Numbered from the stretch's first letter, positions 37,650 through 48,414 are shown. The stretch is DNA of 64,000 bases from Bacteroidia bacterium (GCA_038215705.1 JBBQQQ010000010.1:452-64451), one strand, 5' to 3'. Notes: generated by a model from the sequence alone, not told the origin. Translations and numbers: made by a program.

Positions 37650-37803
37650 AGGAAAGGACGAGCTATTAAAAGGGGCAAATTTAGTGATTTTATATATGGC
37701 AGGGTTGTTGATTAAATGTCACAAATCCGGCGTTTTTGTTCCCATTCCGGTAGTATTTATAATAATTTTGTACCAAGCAAATCTTTAATCAATAGCTACA
37801 ACT

Positions 37804-38310
37804 ATGAAAAAATCAATTGTGTTATTCCTGTTCCTCTCCCTTTCGGTGTTTGTACTCAATGCCCAGCACACTATCGTACTTAAGTCAGGTGAGAAAATGA
37901 CGGGGGAAGTGAAATCCATGAATGATGGCGTTATTAAATTTAATTTTAAAGGCAATGAAATGAGTTTTAAAGTTGCCGAAGTAAGCGAGATCCAATTCGA
38001 CAAAGGTGCCCAGGCCGATAATTCTGCCAAGGGATCCACCACCAAAGGTGTTTCTTATGTAATGGCCGGACGTAAAATGACCAAAGAACCGAAAATTGAT
38101 AATCTTACCATGGAAAAAGGAGTTGTGGTTGTTGAAATTACTATCAATAAATATGGAAATGTAATAAAAGCCAATCCGGGTATTGAAGGGTCAACCACTA
38201 CCAGTAAATATCTTCTTACCAAAGCACAACAGGCAGCTCAGAGCGTTATGTTCGATACCAGCCCTATAATGCCGCTGGAGCAAAAAGGTACAATTACCAT
38301 AACTTTTTAA
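37804..38310 (+). CDS. Secreted protein with a small N-terminal beta domain and a TonB C-terminal-like domain
   Basis: Signal peptide; TIVLKSGEKMTGEV; GVVVVEITINKYGNV..A...GSTT...L...A..AA...GTIT..F. Confidence 0.7.
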   Translation: MKKSIVLFLFLSLSVFVLNAQHTIVLKSGEKMTGEVKSMNDGVIKFNFKGNEMSFKVAEVSEIQFDKGAQADNSAKGSTTKGVSYVMAGRKMTKEPKIDNLTMEKGVVVVEITINKYGNVIKANPGIEGSTTTSKYLLTKAQQAAQSVMFDTSPIMPLEQKGTITITF

Positions 38311-38328
38311 CCCTGAAACAAATTATTG

Positions 38329-38360
38329 AAAAACTCTCCGGCTCTCCCGGGGAGTTTTTT
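38329..38360. terminator. Bidirectional intrinsic terminator
   Basis: aaaaactctccgg-ctctc-ccggggagtttttt. Confidence 0.85.
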
Positions 38361-38379
38361 GCATTCCGGGAAATCCGTT

Positions 38380-39216
38380 TTAAAAAAATGCACTCGTACC
38401 GAATTTGGTATAGGTGCGCATCAATAAAATAACCTTTCTCATATCCGGCACTCTGATTCGTGTTTCCATTACCTGGCCAGCCGGAACTTTTTGAATATTC
38501 TTCAGCAATTCACGATAATAAATAAATGCAGTGTATACACCCGGTCTTACACCTTTTGGCAATTGCATCATTCCCGGATAAGCAGCCCTGAAATCATTAT
38601 CAATATCCAGCTCAATCTGTTTCTTTACCGTGTTGTTAAAATTTGAAAAATCAACGCCCGGAAAATAAACCCGGCCTCTTTCCTGGTAATCACTTTTCAG
38701 ATCACGCAAAAAATTTACCTTTTGAAACGCCGCACCCAGGCGTCGGGCCGGCTCAACAAGCTTATCATAAAGTGATGCATCGCATTCACAAAAAACACGC
38801 AGGCACATGAGCCCCACCACTTCGGCGGAACCATAAATATAAGTAGCGTAAAAGGTTTCATCATAATCTTTTTTCTCCAGGTCCATTTCCATACTGTAAA
38901 GAAATGCTTCTATGAGTTTCTTATCGATTGCATACTGGTTTACAATCAGCTGAAATGCATGTAAAACAGGATTGGTGCTTATTCTTGAATCAATGGCGTC
39001 CCACGTATCTTTCCTGAATTTTTCTAACAATGTTTTTTTATCAAAATCATGAAAGGTATCCACTATTTCATCGGCCAATCGCACAAATCCGTACACCGAG
39101 TAAATCGGGTTGTGAAAACGTTTGTGCAGGGTTTTAATCCCTCTTGTAAAAGAAGTGCTGTACCGTTGTGTTATAACGGTACTCAGGTCCATGCACAAAT
39201 CGTTATACTCTTTCAT
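38380..39216 (-). CDS. crtB: Phytoene synthase
   Basis: YSTSF, YGFVRLADEIVD, YIYGSAEVVGLMCL, FQKVNFLRDL..D...RGRVYFP; ATG at 39216 overlaps the crtI end. Confidence 0.92.
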   Translation of the reverse strand: MKEYNDLCMDLSTVITQRYSTSFTRGIKTLHKRFHNPIYSVYGFVRLADEIVDTFHDFDKKTLLEKFRKDTWDAIDSRISTNPVLHAFQLIVNQYAIDKKLIEAFLYSMEMDLEKKDYDETFYATYIYGSAEVVGLMCLRVFCECDASLYDKLVEPARRLGAAFQKVNFLRDLKSDYQERGRVYFPGVDFSNFNNTVKKQIELDIDNDFRAAYPGMMQLPKGVRPGVYTAFIYYRELLKNIQKVPAGQVMETRIRVPDMRKVILLMRTYTKFGTSAFF

Positions 39217-40684
39217 GATCTTTTTCAATTCGTTCGGTGACAAGACGGGAACTGATTACAACAATCGGCAACCCTGTCCCGGGAACAGTACTTGCCCCAA
39301 CATAATATAAATTTTTAAATTCTTCGTCTTTATTCGAAGGACGAAGTCCGCCAATCTGGTTTAAACCATGCGCAAGACCAAGTCCGCTGCCGCGATAAAG
39401 ATTAAATTTATCCTGCCAGTCAATAGGGTTAAGGATGGTTCTTGATACGGTATTATTTTTCAAATCAAACCCGATACGTTTTGATAAATCGTCAATGATT
39501 GTCTCCGCCAGTTTCTCGCTGTCCGACCAGTCAGGCTTATAACGTAAATCCGGAACCGGACAAAGTATAAACAGGTTTTCACAACCCTCCGGTGCACAGT
39601 CGGGATTTGATTTCGAACTTACATTAACATAATAATAAGGTTTTTGCGGACTCACTGAGGTTTTAAAAATTGTATTGGAATAATCTTTAAAGTTACTTCC
39701 TAAAAAGTAATTATGGTGATTAATATTTTTTAATTTTCCTTTTACACCAAGGTAAATAGTAAACGGGGAGAGCGTCCACTCCATGGCATCCAGTTTCTCA
39801 GCAGAATGACTTTTACGATTTAATACTTTGCCCCTGAAAGCTGCGGCATCCGCATTCACAACATACACATCGGAAGTCCATTTTTTTCCATGCTGATCGG
39901 TGAATCCCGTAATATTTTTCCCATCGGTTTCAACAGATGTTATTTCCGTATTAAAATGAAATTTAACTCCGCGCTGATCCAAAATTCCTTTAATTTTCTC
40001 AACAATTTTATACATTCCGCCCTGAACGTTCCAATATCCGTCGTGAACCAGTTCGGTATAGTTGAGCAAACTATAAACAGCAGGTGTCTGGAAAGGAGTG
40101 GTTCCCAGGAAAAACGCCACCAGCGAAAAAATAACTTTTACTTCCTGGCTATCAAAATTCTTCTCAAGCTCCGACCACATAGAGCGGAACATTTTGGGTG
40201 CATGTTTTAATGGAACCCGGGCAAGTTTTGACAAATAATCCAGTTTTCCGTCAAAATTCTGCCGGATCACAATATCTTCCGTATCATGAAATAGCTTTCC
40301 TGCGGCGGCAAGGTACTTTTTGGTCTTTGCAGCCATATCCGGTTCAATTCCCTTAAACTCCTGTTCCAGTTTGTCAAGATCCTTATGAATTTGGAAAGGC
40401 TTTTCCCTGTTATCGAAAAAAACAGAATATAAAGGATTTAACTCATTTAAAATAAGTGGATTGGGAATTCCGCAGGATTTAAAGAGTTCGTTGAATTCAT
40501 AACTCATCGAAAAAAAAGAGGGTCCCATGTCAAAGGTAAATCCATCTTTTTCGATAAGATTCAGTCGACCACCCGCCCGATGATATTTTTCCACCAATTC
40601 AACATCATAGCCCTTGAAGCTTAGCCGGAGGGCTGTTGCCAACGCACCTAAGCCGGTTCCGATAATGAGTACTTTTTTTGACAC
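39203..40684 (-). CDS. crtI: Phytoene desaturase family protein
   Basis: IIGTGLG.L..A dinucleotide motif, GFTFDMGPS, NLYYVGAST.PGTGLP.VVIS; adjacent to crtB. Confidence 0.85.
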   Translation of the reverse strand: MSKKVLIIGTGLGALATALRLSFKGYDVELVEKYHRAGGRLNLIEKDGFTFDMGPSFFSMSYEFNELFKSCGIPNPLILNELNPLYSVFFDNREKPFQIHKDLDKLEQEFKGIEPDMAAKTKKYLAAAGKLFHDTEDIVIRQNFDGKLDYLSKLARVPLKHAPKMFRSMWSELEKNFDSQEVKVIFSLVAFFLGTTPFQTPAVYSLLNYTELVHDGYWNVQGGMYKIVEKIKGILDQRGVKFHFNTEITSVETDGKNITGFTDQHGKKWTSDVYVVNADAAAFRGKVLNRKSHSAEKLDAMEWTLSPFTIYLGVKGKLKNINHHNYFLGSNFKDYSNTIFKTSVSPQKPYYYVNVSSKSNPDCAPEGCENLFILCPVPDLRYKPDWSDSEKLAETIIDDLSKRIGFDLKNNTVSRTILNPIDWQDKFNLYRGSGLGLAHGLNQIGGLRPSNKDEEFKNLYYVGASTVPGTGLPIVVISSRLVTERIEKDHERV

Positions 40685-40938
40685 CCGATCTGCTGATTAA
40701 AATAATTTGCATAATATACTGTCAGGCTAACTCCTGGGATTAAAGTGCTAAATGACTATAAATCAGTTGCTAATCAAGTAAATGTATTGCTGCAAAGTTA
40801 GAGAAATAACAAACCGGGAAGACGATAAGTTTTAATTCACGACATTAATGCCTGCAGCCTCATTTGAAGTGAATGGCATGAATGAAATAAGGCAGTTAAA
40901 AACCTGATTAAATTACGGTTTATGGTTCTAAAAAAGTG

Positions 40939-40946
40939 TAATTTTG
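40939..40946 (+). promoter_or_regulatory. sigma-A -7 box for the nuo operon
   Basis: TAATTTTG; a divergent TAACTTTG box for crtI lies at 40793-40800 (-). Confidence 0.65.
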
Positions 40947-40999
40947 CGGCCTCTTATAAACTATGATTTCATTTCATTTGTTAAATATATAGTTGAAAA

Positions 41000-41371
41000 A
41001 TGATCCTACTGAGTGTTCCTGCTGATTACCTGCCAATGGTTATCATGTTTGTAGTAGCTATTGGCTTCGTTCTTACAACAATATTTGTTACTCACTTATT
41101 GGGTCCACAAAGAAAATCTGCGGTAAAACTCGACACATTTGAGTGTGGTATTGAACCCCAGGGTAATTCCCGCATCCCGTTTTCAATTAAATATCTTCTG
41201 GTTGCAATTTTATTTGTGTTGTTTGATGTTGAAGTGATTTTCATGTATCCCTGGGCCGTTAATTTTATTGAACTGGGGATGTATGGTTTTGTAGAGATGA
41301 TAATATTTATCAGCCTTTTTATGTTAGGGTTTCTTTACATAGTTAAAAAAGGTGCCCTTAAATGGGATTAA
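41000..41371 (+). CDS. nuoA: NADH-quinone oxidoreductase subunit A
   Basis: FECG, AILFVLFDVEVIFMYPWAV, KKGALKWD. Confidence 0.95.
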   Translation: MILLSVPADYLPMVIMFVVAIGFVLTTIFVTHLLGPQRKSAVKLDTFECGIEPQGNSRIPFSIKYLLVAILFVLFDVEVIFMYPWAVNFIELGMYGFVEMIIFISLFMLGFLYIVKKGALKWD

Positions 41372-41432
41372 TTATTTCGGAAGGCTGAAGAGCATTCCGG
41401 TTCTGAAGTTTACAGTACTATTGAAAAAATAA

Positions 41433-41969
41433 ATGGTTGATATAGTAAAAGCACCTGAAGGGTTTGAAGGTCCGGGTTTCTTCGCCACCAGCCTGGATAA
41501 AATGGTTGGTATGGCCCGTAAGAATTCATTATGGCCCCTGCCTTTCGCAACTTCCTGTTGCGGAATTGAATTTATGGCAACAATGGGTGCGCATTATGAT
41601 TTTGCGCGGTTTGGGTCGGAACGGCTGAGTTTTTCTCCCCGCCAGGCCGACCTTCTGATGGTGATGGGAACCATAGCCAAAAAAATGGGACCTGTATTAC
41701 GCCAGGTATATGAACAAATGGCGGAACCGCGCTGGGTTCTTTCGGTAGGAGCATGTGCTTCAAGCGGTGGAATTTTTGATACCTACAGCGTACTGCAGGG
41801 AATTGATCGCATCATACCGGTGGATGTATACGTGCCGGGATGTCCGCCAAGGCCGGAACAGATTTTAGATGGTGTGTTACGAATCCAGGATCTTGTGCAG
41901 AATGAATCATTGCGACGCCGCGATTCGGCTGAATACAAAGCATTGTTAGCCTCATACGGAATAGAATAA
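41433..41969 (+). CDS. nuoB: NADH-quinone oxidoreductase subunit B
   Basis: [31 protein letters not shown]. Confidence 0.96.
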   Translation: MVDIVKAPEGFEGPGFFATSLDKMVGMARKNSLWPLPFATSCCGIEFMATMGAHYDFARFGSERLSFSPRQADLLMVMGTIAKKMGPVLRQVYEQMAEPRWVLSVGACASSGGIFDTYSVLQGIDRIIPVDVYVPGCPPRPEQILDGVLRIQDLVQNESLRRRDSAEYKALLASYGIE

Positions 41970-41976
41970 AACTGAA

Positions 41977-42480
41977 ATGCCAGAGATTACATCGCAAGCA
42001 ATAGAAGAAGTTCTGCAAGATATATTTCCCGGAAAAATTTCGGATATCGAACATCCGTATGATTTTCTAACGATAACCGTTTCACTTGACAGCATCAGCG
42101 AAGTGATCCGGTATTTGCATGATCATGAAGGTTTCCAGTTTAAATTCCTTACCAGTGCCTGTGGTATGCACTATCCTGATGCGCCAAAGAAATTTGCCAT
42201 GGTGTATCACCTGCACAGCCTTACCAATAACTTCCGTATCCGTTTAAAATCATTCACCAATGAAGATCCACCGGTGTTTCCTTCCTTAACCGGTTTATTC
42301 CGCGCCGCCAATTGGATGGAACGTGAAACGTATGATTTTTTCGGGTTTAAATTTACAGGCCATCCTGACCTGCGACGCATTCTGAATGTAGATGATATGG
42401 AAGGCTTTCCGATGCGGAAAGAATTTCCTCTGGAAGATCAGTTCCGTAAAGACAAAGACGATAAGATGTTTGGACGCTAA
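41977..42480 (+). CDS. nuoC: NADH-quinone oxidoreductase subunit C
   Basis: ANWMERETYDFFG..F.GHPDLRRIL, FPMRKEFPL. Confidence 0.95.
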   Translation: MPEITSQAIEEVLQDIFPGKISDIEHPYDFLTITVSLDSISEVIRYLHDHEGFQFKFLTSACGMHYPDAPKKFAMVYHLHSLTNNFRIRLKSFTNEDPPVFPSLTGLFRAANWMERETYDFFGFKFTGHPDLRRILNVDDMEGFPMRKEFPLEDQFRKDKDDKMFGR

Positions 42481-42520
42481 CTAATGTACACCGGAAGCTT
42501 CGTTTATTTACCAGTGACCA

Positions 42521-43762
42521 ATGACCATCAAAATGATCGATAAGAAAAACGAAAATATACATCCCCTCGAAGTTCATCATCCTGAGAAAGAGTATACCAC
42601 GCTCAACCTGGGTCCTACACACCCTGCCACGCATGGAATTTTTCAGAATGTACTTAAAATGGATGGTGAAGTCATAGTCTCGGCTGAACCTACCATCGGG
42701 TATATTCACAGGGCGTTTGAAAAACTTGCAGAACGCAGGCCTTACTACCAGATAACGCCAATTACCGACCGCATGAATTATTGTTCATCACCTATCAACA
42801 ATATGGGATGGCACATGACGGTTGAAAAATTAATTGGTGCAAAATTGCCGAAGCGCGTTGAGTACATGCGTGTGATCATAATGGAACTTGCACGTATTTC
42901 CGATCATATTGTTTGTAATTCCGTAATCGGAGTTGATTCCGGAGCACTAACGGGCTTCGTATATATGTTTCAGGAGCGTGAAAAAATTTATGAAATTTAC
43001 GAGGAGATCTGCGGTGCCCGCCTTACTACAAACATCGGGCGCATCGGTGGGTTTGAACGTGATTTTCCACAGGCAGCATGGGATCGTCTCGACAAATTCA
43101 TAAAAGAATTTCCCGCCAAACTACAGGAGTTTGAAAATCTCCTGAACCGTAACCGAATATTTATGGATCGTACCATCGGCACAGGTCCTATCAGTGTTGA
43201 AGATGCACTGAATTATAGTTTCACCGGCCCCAACCTCCGCGCTGCAGGAGTGGATTATGATGTGCGTGTGATGAATCCCTATTCATCGTACGAAGATTTT
43301 GATTTTATCATTCCTGTGGGAACCAATGGCGATACATATGACCGCTACATGGTGCGTCATGAAGAAATGAAGCAAAGCGTAGGCATTATCAACCAGGCAC
43401 TCGAAAAACTGAGCAAGCTTTCAGATAAAACTTCTTTCCATGCCGATGTACCTGAATTTTATCTGCCTCCGAAAGAAGATGTTTATAACACGATGGAAGG
43501 ACTGATATGGCACTTTAAAATAATTATGGGCGAAACCGATATTCCTAAAGGTGAAGTTTATCACTGTGTGGAAGGTGGAAACGGAGAACTTGGATTTTAT
43601 CTTGTCAGTGACGGAGGAAGAAATCCATTCCGCCTGCATTTCCGCCGGCCCTGTTTTATCTTCTACCAGGCATATCCTGAAATGATAAAAGGAAGTATGT
43701 TGTCGGATGCAATTCTTACCATGAGTTCTATGAATGTCATAGCCGGTGAACTCGATGCATAA
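42521..43762 (+). CDS. nuoD: NADH-quinone oxidoreductase subunit D
   Basis: LNLGPTHPATHG, GYIHRAFEK, DRMNY, GELGFY, GELD. Confidence 0.96.
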   Translation: MTIKMIDKKNENIHPLEVHHPEKEYTTLNLGPTHPATHGIFQNVLKMDGEVIVSAEPTIGYIHRAFEKLAERRPYYQITPITDRMNYCSSPINNMGWHMTVEKLIGAKLPKRVEYMRVIIMELARISDHIVCNSVIGVDSGALTGFVYMFQEREKIYEIYEEICGARLTTNIGRIGGFERDFPQAAWDRLDKFIKEFPAKLQEFENLLNRNRIFMDRTIGTGPISVEDALNYSFTGPNLRAAGVDYDVRVMNPYSSYEDFDFIIPVGTNGDTYDRYMVRHEEMKQSVGIINQALEKLSKLSDKTSFHADVPEFYLPPKEDVYNTMEGLIWHFKIIMGETDIPKGEVYHCVEGGNGELGFYLVSDGGRNPFRLHFRRPCFIFYQAYPEMIKGSMLSDAILTMSSMNVIAGELDA

Positions 43763-43825
43763 TCTTATTATCATTTTAAAAATCAATATCAACTACATAA
43801 TATAATAATTACAAAAAGACCTTTA

Positions 43826-43857
43826 TTTATCATTTATCATCTATCATCTCTCATACC
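43826..43857 (+). repeat. Heptamer repeat tract in the nuoD-nuoE spacer
   Basis: tttatcatttatcatctatcatctctcatacc. Confidence 0.6.
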
Positions 43858-43891
43858 CCTCTAATTAAATTTCCATCATAATAAGATTCTA

Positions 43892-44440
43892 ATGTTTAAA
43901 GACAAAAATGATGTAGTTTTTTCCGACGATGCTTCTGCATTGATCCGCAAGATTATCAGCCGTTATCCGGTAGGAAAACATAAATCGGCAATTCTTCCAA
44001 TCCTTCACCTTGCACAGGCGGAGTTTGAAGGATGGTTGCATCCCGCGGTAATGGATAAAGTGGCCGAAATACTGAATATTCAACCTATCGAAGTGTATGA
44101 AGTTGCATCGTTTTACTCAATGTTTAATCTGAAGCCCGTTGGAAAATGTGTAATTGAAGTTTGTCGTACCGGTCCGTGCTGGCTGATGGGAGCAGAGGAT
44201 ATTGTGAAATATCTTGAGAAGAAATTGAATGTGCGTGAAGGACAAACTTCAGCCGATGGAATGTTTACGCTTAAGACGGTTGAATGTCTTGCCTCATGTG
44301 GCACTGCACCGATGATGCAGGTTGGACAAACATATCATGAAAATCTTACGCTTGATAAAGTAGATGGAATCCTGAATGATTATCATTCAAATACTAAGGG
44401 ACATATTTCTCACTGGGCTAAAGACAAGATCAAAGCATAA
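43892..44440 (+). CDS. nuoE: NADH-quinone oxidoreductase subunit E
   Basis: VASFYSMF, CRTGPCWLMG, VECLASCGTAP. Confidence 0.95.
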   Translation: MFKDKNDVVFSDDASALIRKIISRYPVGKHKSAILPILHLAQAEFEGWLHPAVMDKVAEILNIQPIEVYEVASFYSMFNLKPVGKCVIEVCRTGPCWLMGAEDIVKYLEKKLNVREGQTSADGMFTLKTVECLASCGTAPMMQVGQTYHENLTLDKVDGILNDYHSNTKGHISHWAKDKIKA

Positions 44441-44442
44441 CC

Positions 44443-45789
44443 ATGGGAAAACAATTGTTGCTTGCCAATATTAATGTCCCCGGCATAAGGGGAATCAATG
44501 CATATCGTGCAAATGGCGGCTATGCTGCTTTAGAAAAAGCACTTCGCATGAAACCCGATGAAATTACTGAAGAAGTAAAGAAGTCAGGTCTGCGCGGAAG
44601 GGGAGGTGCAGGCTTTCCCACAGGATTGAAATGGAGTTTTCTTGCAAAGCCTGAAGGGGTTTCCCGGTACCTGGTTTGTAATGCAGATGAAAGTGAGCCC
44701 GGTACTTTTAAGGATCGTTACCTGATGTCACATATCCCTCACTCGTTAGTAGAGGGAATGATAGTTTCGAGTTTTGCTTTAGGTGCTGCCACTTCTTATA
44801 TTTATATCAGGGGTGAAATGATGGAAGTATATCATATTCTTGAAGCAGCAATTGCAGAAGCGTATGAAGCTGGTTTGCTTGGAAAAAATATTCTTGGCTC
44901 CGGGTATTCGCTCGATCTGTATGTACATCCCGGTGGAGGCGCATACATTTGCGGTGAAGAAACCGCATTGATTGAATCACTCGAAGGAAAACGTGGAAAT
45001 CCCAGGATCAAACCACCGTTTCCTGCTGTTAAAGGTGTTTGGGGCTGTCCTACCGTGGTGAATAATGTTGAAACCATTGCAGCCGTTCCTTTCATAATTA
45101 ATATGGGAGGTGATGAATATGCAAAAATCGGTATTGGAAAAAGCACCGGAACAAAACTGATCTCCGCTTGCGGTCATATTAACAAACCGGGCGTATATGA
45201 AATTGAACTCGGCCTGCCGGTTGAAGAATTTATTTATTCGGAAAGTTATTGTGGCGGAATACGAAATGGAAAAAAACTAAAAGCTGTTGTTGCCGGTGGC
45301 TCTTCAGTACCCATTCTACCCGCCGACTTAATATTGACCACTGCGAAAGGTGAACCCCGGCTGATGAGCTATGAATCACTGGCCGACGGAGGCTTTGCAA
45401 CCGGAACAATGCTGGGTTCCGGAGGTTTTATTGTGATGGATGAAGATTCCAGCGTGGTAAAAAATCTCTGGAATTTTACTCGATTTTATCATCATGAAAG
45501 TTGTGGTCAGTGCAGCCCTTGCCGGGAAGGTACAGGCTGGATGGAAAAAATATTGCACAAATTCCTCGATGGTCACGCTACAATAGCTGACATTGATTTG
45601 TTATTTGATATTCAGGGAAAGATCGAAGGTAAAACTATTTGCCCTCTTGGTGATGCAGCAGCATGGCCGGTTGCGAGTGCGATCCGACATTTCCGAAGTG
45701 AATTTGAAGAGTATGTGAAAAATCCGCAGCAGATAAAAGATTTAAAACATTATTACCGGGTGAATAATCTTGATCCCGTTGCCGGGTAA
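44443..45789 (+). CDS. nuoF: NADH-quinone oxidoreductase subunit F
   Basis: [49 protein letters not shown]. Confidence 0.97.
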   Translation: MGKQLLLANINVPGIRGINAYRANGGYAALEKALRMKPDEITEEVKKSGLRGRGGAGFPTGLKWSFLAKPEGVSRYLVCNADESEPGTFKDRYLMSHIPHSLVEGMIVSSFALGAATSYIYIRGEMMEVYHILEAAIAEAYEAGLLGKNILGSGYSLDLYVHPGGGAYICGEETALIESLEGKRGNPRIKPPFPAVKGVWGCPTVVNNVETIAAVPFIINMGGDEYAKIGIGKSTGTKLISACGHINKPGVYEIELGLPVEEFIYSESYCGGIRNGKKLKAVVAGGSSVPILPADLILTTAKGEPRLMSYESLADGGFATGTMLGSGGFIVMDEDSSVVKNLWNFTRFYHHESCGQCSPCREGTGWMEKILHKFLDGHATIADIDLLFDIQGKIEGKTICPLGDAAAWPVASAIRHFRSEFEEYVKNPQQIKDLKHYYRVNNLDPVAG

Positions 45790-45811
45790 AAGTGATTAAA
45801 GCGCTAACAAA

Positions 45812-46798
45812 ATGCCTAAAGTAACTATAGATACTATTGAAATTGACGTTCCGGAGGGAACAACCATTCTGCAGGCCGCGCGTATGATCGGCGGTGATGT
45901 GGTTCCTCCGGCAATGTGTTATTATTCGAAGCTTGAAAACAGCGGTGGTTATTGCCGGACCTGCATTGTGAAAGTAACACAGGGTTCTGCCAAAGATCCG
46001 AGGCCAATGCCGAAACCTGTTGCATCGTGCCGTACTCCGGTCATGGATGGTATGGTGGTTGAAAACCGGTTGTCGCCCGATTTGCTCGAAGCAAGAAAAG
46101 GTGTTGTGGAATTTTTGCTGATTAATCATCCGCTCGATTGCCCCATTTGTGACCAGGCTGGCGAATGTCATCTGCAGGATCTTAGTTATGAAAATGGTCT
46201 GTCTAAATCCCGTTATGAATTTCGCAGAAGGGAATTTGAAAAGATTGATATTGGCGATAAAATAAAATTACACATGACACGATGCATTCTTTGCTACCGT
46301 TGTGTGAAAGTTGCCGACCAGTTGTGTGATGGAAGAGTGCATGGCGTTATTAACCGCGGTGATGTTTCTGAAATAAGCACCTACATTCAAAATGTAGTTG
46401 ATAATGATTTTTCAGGTAACATGATTGACGTTTGCCCTGTTGGTGCTCTAACCGATCGCACTTTCCGTTTCAAAAGCCGTGTGTGGTTTACAAAACCTAT
46501 GGACGCGCACCGTGATTGTAAAAAGTGCAGCGGAAAAGTAGCATTGTGGATGAGTGGCAGTGAAGTGCTTCGCGTTACAGGTCGTAAAGACCGTTATGGA
46601 GAAGTTGAATCATGGGTTTGCAACGAATGTCGTTTTGAGAGAAAAGAAATTGCGGATTGGAAAGTTGAAGGCCCGCGGAATATTGAAAGGCATTCAGTAA
46701 TGTCGCAGAATAATTATACAGTTCTCAAACAATTAAAAATTGATGTGTCGAGGCAGAAAGAAATTGCCGAGAAAGCACACCAAAATCAAAATCAATAG
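45812..46798 (+). CDS. nuoG: NADH-quinone oxidoreductase subunit G, short form (Fe-S domains only)
   Basis: P.MCY...G.CRTC, NHPLDCPICDQAGECHLQD, RCILCYRC, VCPVGAL; only 328 aa. Confidence 0.92.
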   Translation: MPKVTIDTIEIDVPEGTTILQAARMIGGDVVPPAMCYYSKLENSGGYCRTCIVKVTQGSAKDPRPMPKPVASCRTPVMDGMVVENRLSPDLLEARKGVVEFLLINHPLDCPICDQAGECHLQDLSYENGLSKSRYEFRRREFEKIDIGDKIKLHMTRCILCYRCVKVADQLCDGRVHGVINRGDVSEISTYIQNVVDNDFSGNMIDVCPVGALTDRTFRFKSRVWFTKPMDAHRDCKKCSGKVALWMSGSEVLRVTGRKDRYGEVESWVCNECRFERKEIADWKVEGPRNIERHSVMSQNNYTVLKQLKIDVSRQKEIAEKAHQNQNQ

Positions 46799-46812
46799 CC
46801 GGCCGGCTCAAT

Positions 46813-47862
46813 ATGGAAACTGCTGATTTATTATTTAAAGCCATCTTCGTAGTTGCAATATTTGCAGTATCGCTGGTGATCGCCATGTACTCCACCTATG
46901 CGGAACGTAAGGTAGCTGCATTTTTACAGGACCGTATCGGTCCCAACCGTGCCGGGCCCTTTGGTTTGCTTCAGCCTTTAGCCGATGGAGTTAAAATGTT
47001 TATGAAAGAGGAAATAATTCCGGCGCAGGCCGATAAAAACCTTTTCATATTAGGACCTGCACTTGCGATGTTAACCGCGTGCATGACGGGTGTGGTGATC
47101 CCCTGGGGCGACTCGTTGATTATTAACGGACGTGAATTCCTGTTGCAGGTAACCGATGTAAATATTGGAATTCTTTATGTTTTCGGAGTGGTATCAATTG
47201 GGGTGTATGGAATTATGATAGGAGGCTGGGCATCCAACAATAAATTTTCGTTACTCGGCGCACTGCGTGCTTCTGCGCAGATGATCAGTTATGAACTGGC
47301 AATGGGCTTGTCGATTGTGGCGTTGGTGATGATGAGCGGTACACTCAGTGTTCGTGAAATAGTGGAATCCCAGCCCGGCGCCCACTGGAATGTTTTGGTT
47401 CAGCCTCTTGGTTTTCTTATATTTATTATCTGCGCTTTCGCGGAAACCAATCGTACACCATTCGATTTACCGGAATGTGAAACGGAACTTGTTGGTGGTT
47501 ATCACACTGAATATTCGAGTATGAAGCTGGGTTTTTACCTTTTCTCGGAATATATCAACATGTTCATTTCTTCCGCTATCATTGTGAGCCTGTACTTCGG
47601 AGGTTATAATTTTCCGTTTATAAACAGTCTTGGCCTGTCTCATAATGTTGTGGCATTGCTGGGAGTCGCTATATTCTTTGCTAAAATATTTTTCTTTATC
47701 TTCTTTTTTATGTGGATTCGCTGGACCATCCCACGCTTCCGTTATGATCAGCTGATGCGGGTGGGCTGGAATGTGCTGTTGCCGCTGGCTATGCTAAATA
47801 TTGTTTTAACTGCTGTTTACCTGTTGTGGAAACATGACTTGTGGACGCTCTCATTGAATTAA
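46813..47862 (+). CDS. nuoH: NADH-quinone oxidoreductase subunit H
   Basis: ERKV...QDR.GPN, QPLADG.K...KE, AETNRTPFDLPE.E.ELV.GY. Confidence 0.96.
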   Translation: METADLLFKAIFVVAIFAVSLVIAMYSTYAERKVAAFLQDRIGPNRAGPFGLLQPLADGVKMFMKEEIIPAQADKNLFILGPALAMLTACMTGVVIPWGDSLIINGREFLLQVTDVNIGILYVFGVVSIGVYGIMIGGWASNNKFSLLGALRASAQMISYELAMGLSIVALVMMSGTLSVREIVESQPGAHWNVLVQPLGFLIFIICAFAETNRTPFDLPECETELVGGYHTEYSSMKLGFYLFSEYINMFISSAIIVSLYFGGYNFPFINSLGLSHNVVALLGVAIFFAKIFFFIFFFMWIRWTIPRFRYDQLMRVGWNVLLPLAMLNIVLTAVYLLWKHDLWTLSLN

Positions 47863-47874
47863 AGGAAGTATAAA

Positions 47875-48414
47875 ATGCAATTAACCAACCGGTCGAAAAT
47901 TGTCAGTAATAAGGAAATGAGTTTTGTAGAGAAACTCTACTTTCCTGCCATTGTTGGCGGTCTCATGATTACAATGCGACATTTTTTTCGCAAGAAAACG
48001 ACAATGAACTATCCCGAGGTTCAGAAGGAATATACACCTGTTTACCGGGGCCACCATGTTTTGAAACGTGATGAGGAAGGGCGTGAGAACTGCACTGCTT
48101 GCGGGTTGTGTGCCCTGGCTTGCCCTGCCGAAGCTATTACTATGACTGCATCAGAACGGTTGCCGGGTGAGGAAAAACTTTACAGGGAAGAAAAATATGC
48201 TTCTGTTTATGAGATCAATATGCTGCGATGTATTTTTTGCGGCCTTTGTGAGGAAGCTTGTCCGAAAGAAGCCATTTTCCTAACCGATAAAATTGTTTAT
48301 GCAGGTTATCAGCGTGATGGTTTTATTTATGGTAAGGATAAACTGGTTGAACCTGTCGATCCCGATAAAAGAGTGGATATCTCAGGACGCATTCAAGCTC
48401 ATCGTAAAAGTTAA
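47875..48414 (+). CDS. nuoI: NADH-quinone oxidoreductase subunit I
   Basis: CTACGLCALACP and CIFCGLCEEACP. Confidence 0.96.
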   Translation: MQLTNRSKIVSNKEMSFVEKLYFPAIVGGLMITMRHFFRKKTTMNYPEVQKEYTPVYRGHHVLKRDEEGRENCTACGLCALACPAEAITMTASERLPGEEKLYREEKYASVYEINMLRCIFCGLCEEACPKEAIFLTDKIVYAGYQRDGFIYGKDKLVEPVDPDKRVDISGRIQAHRKS

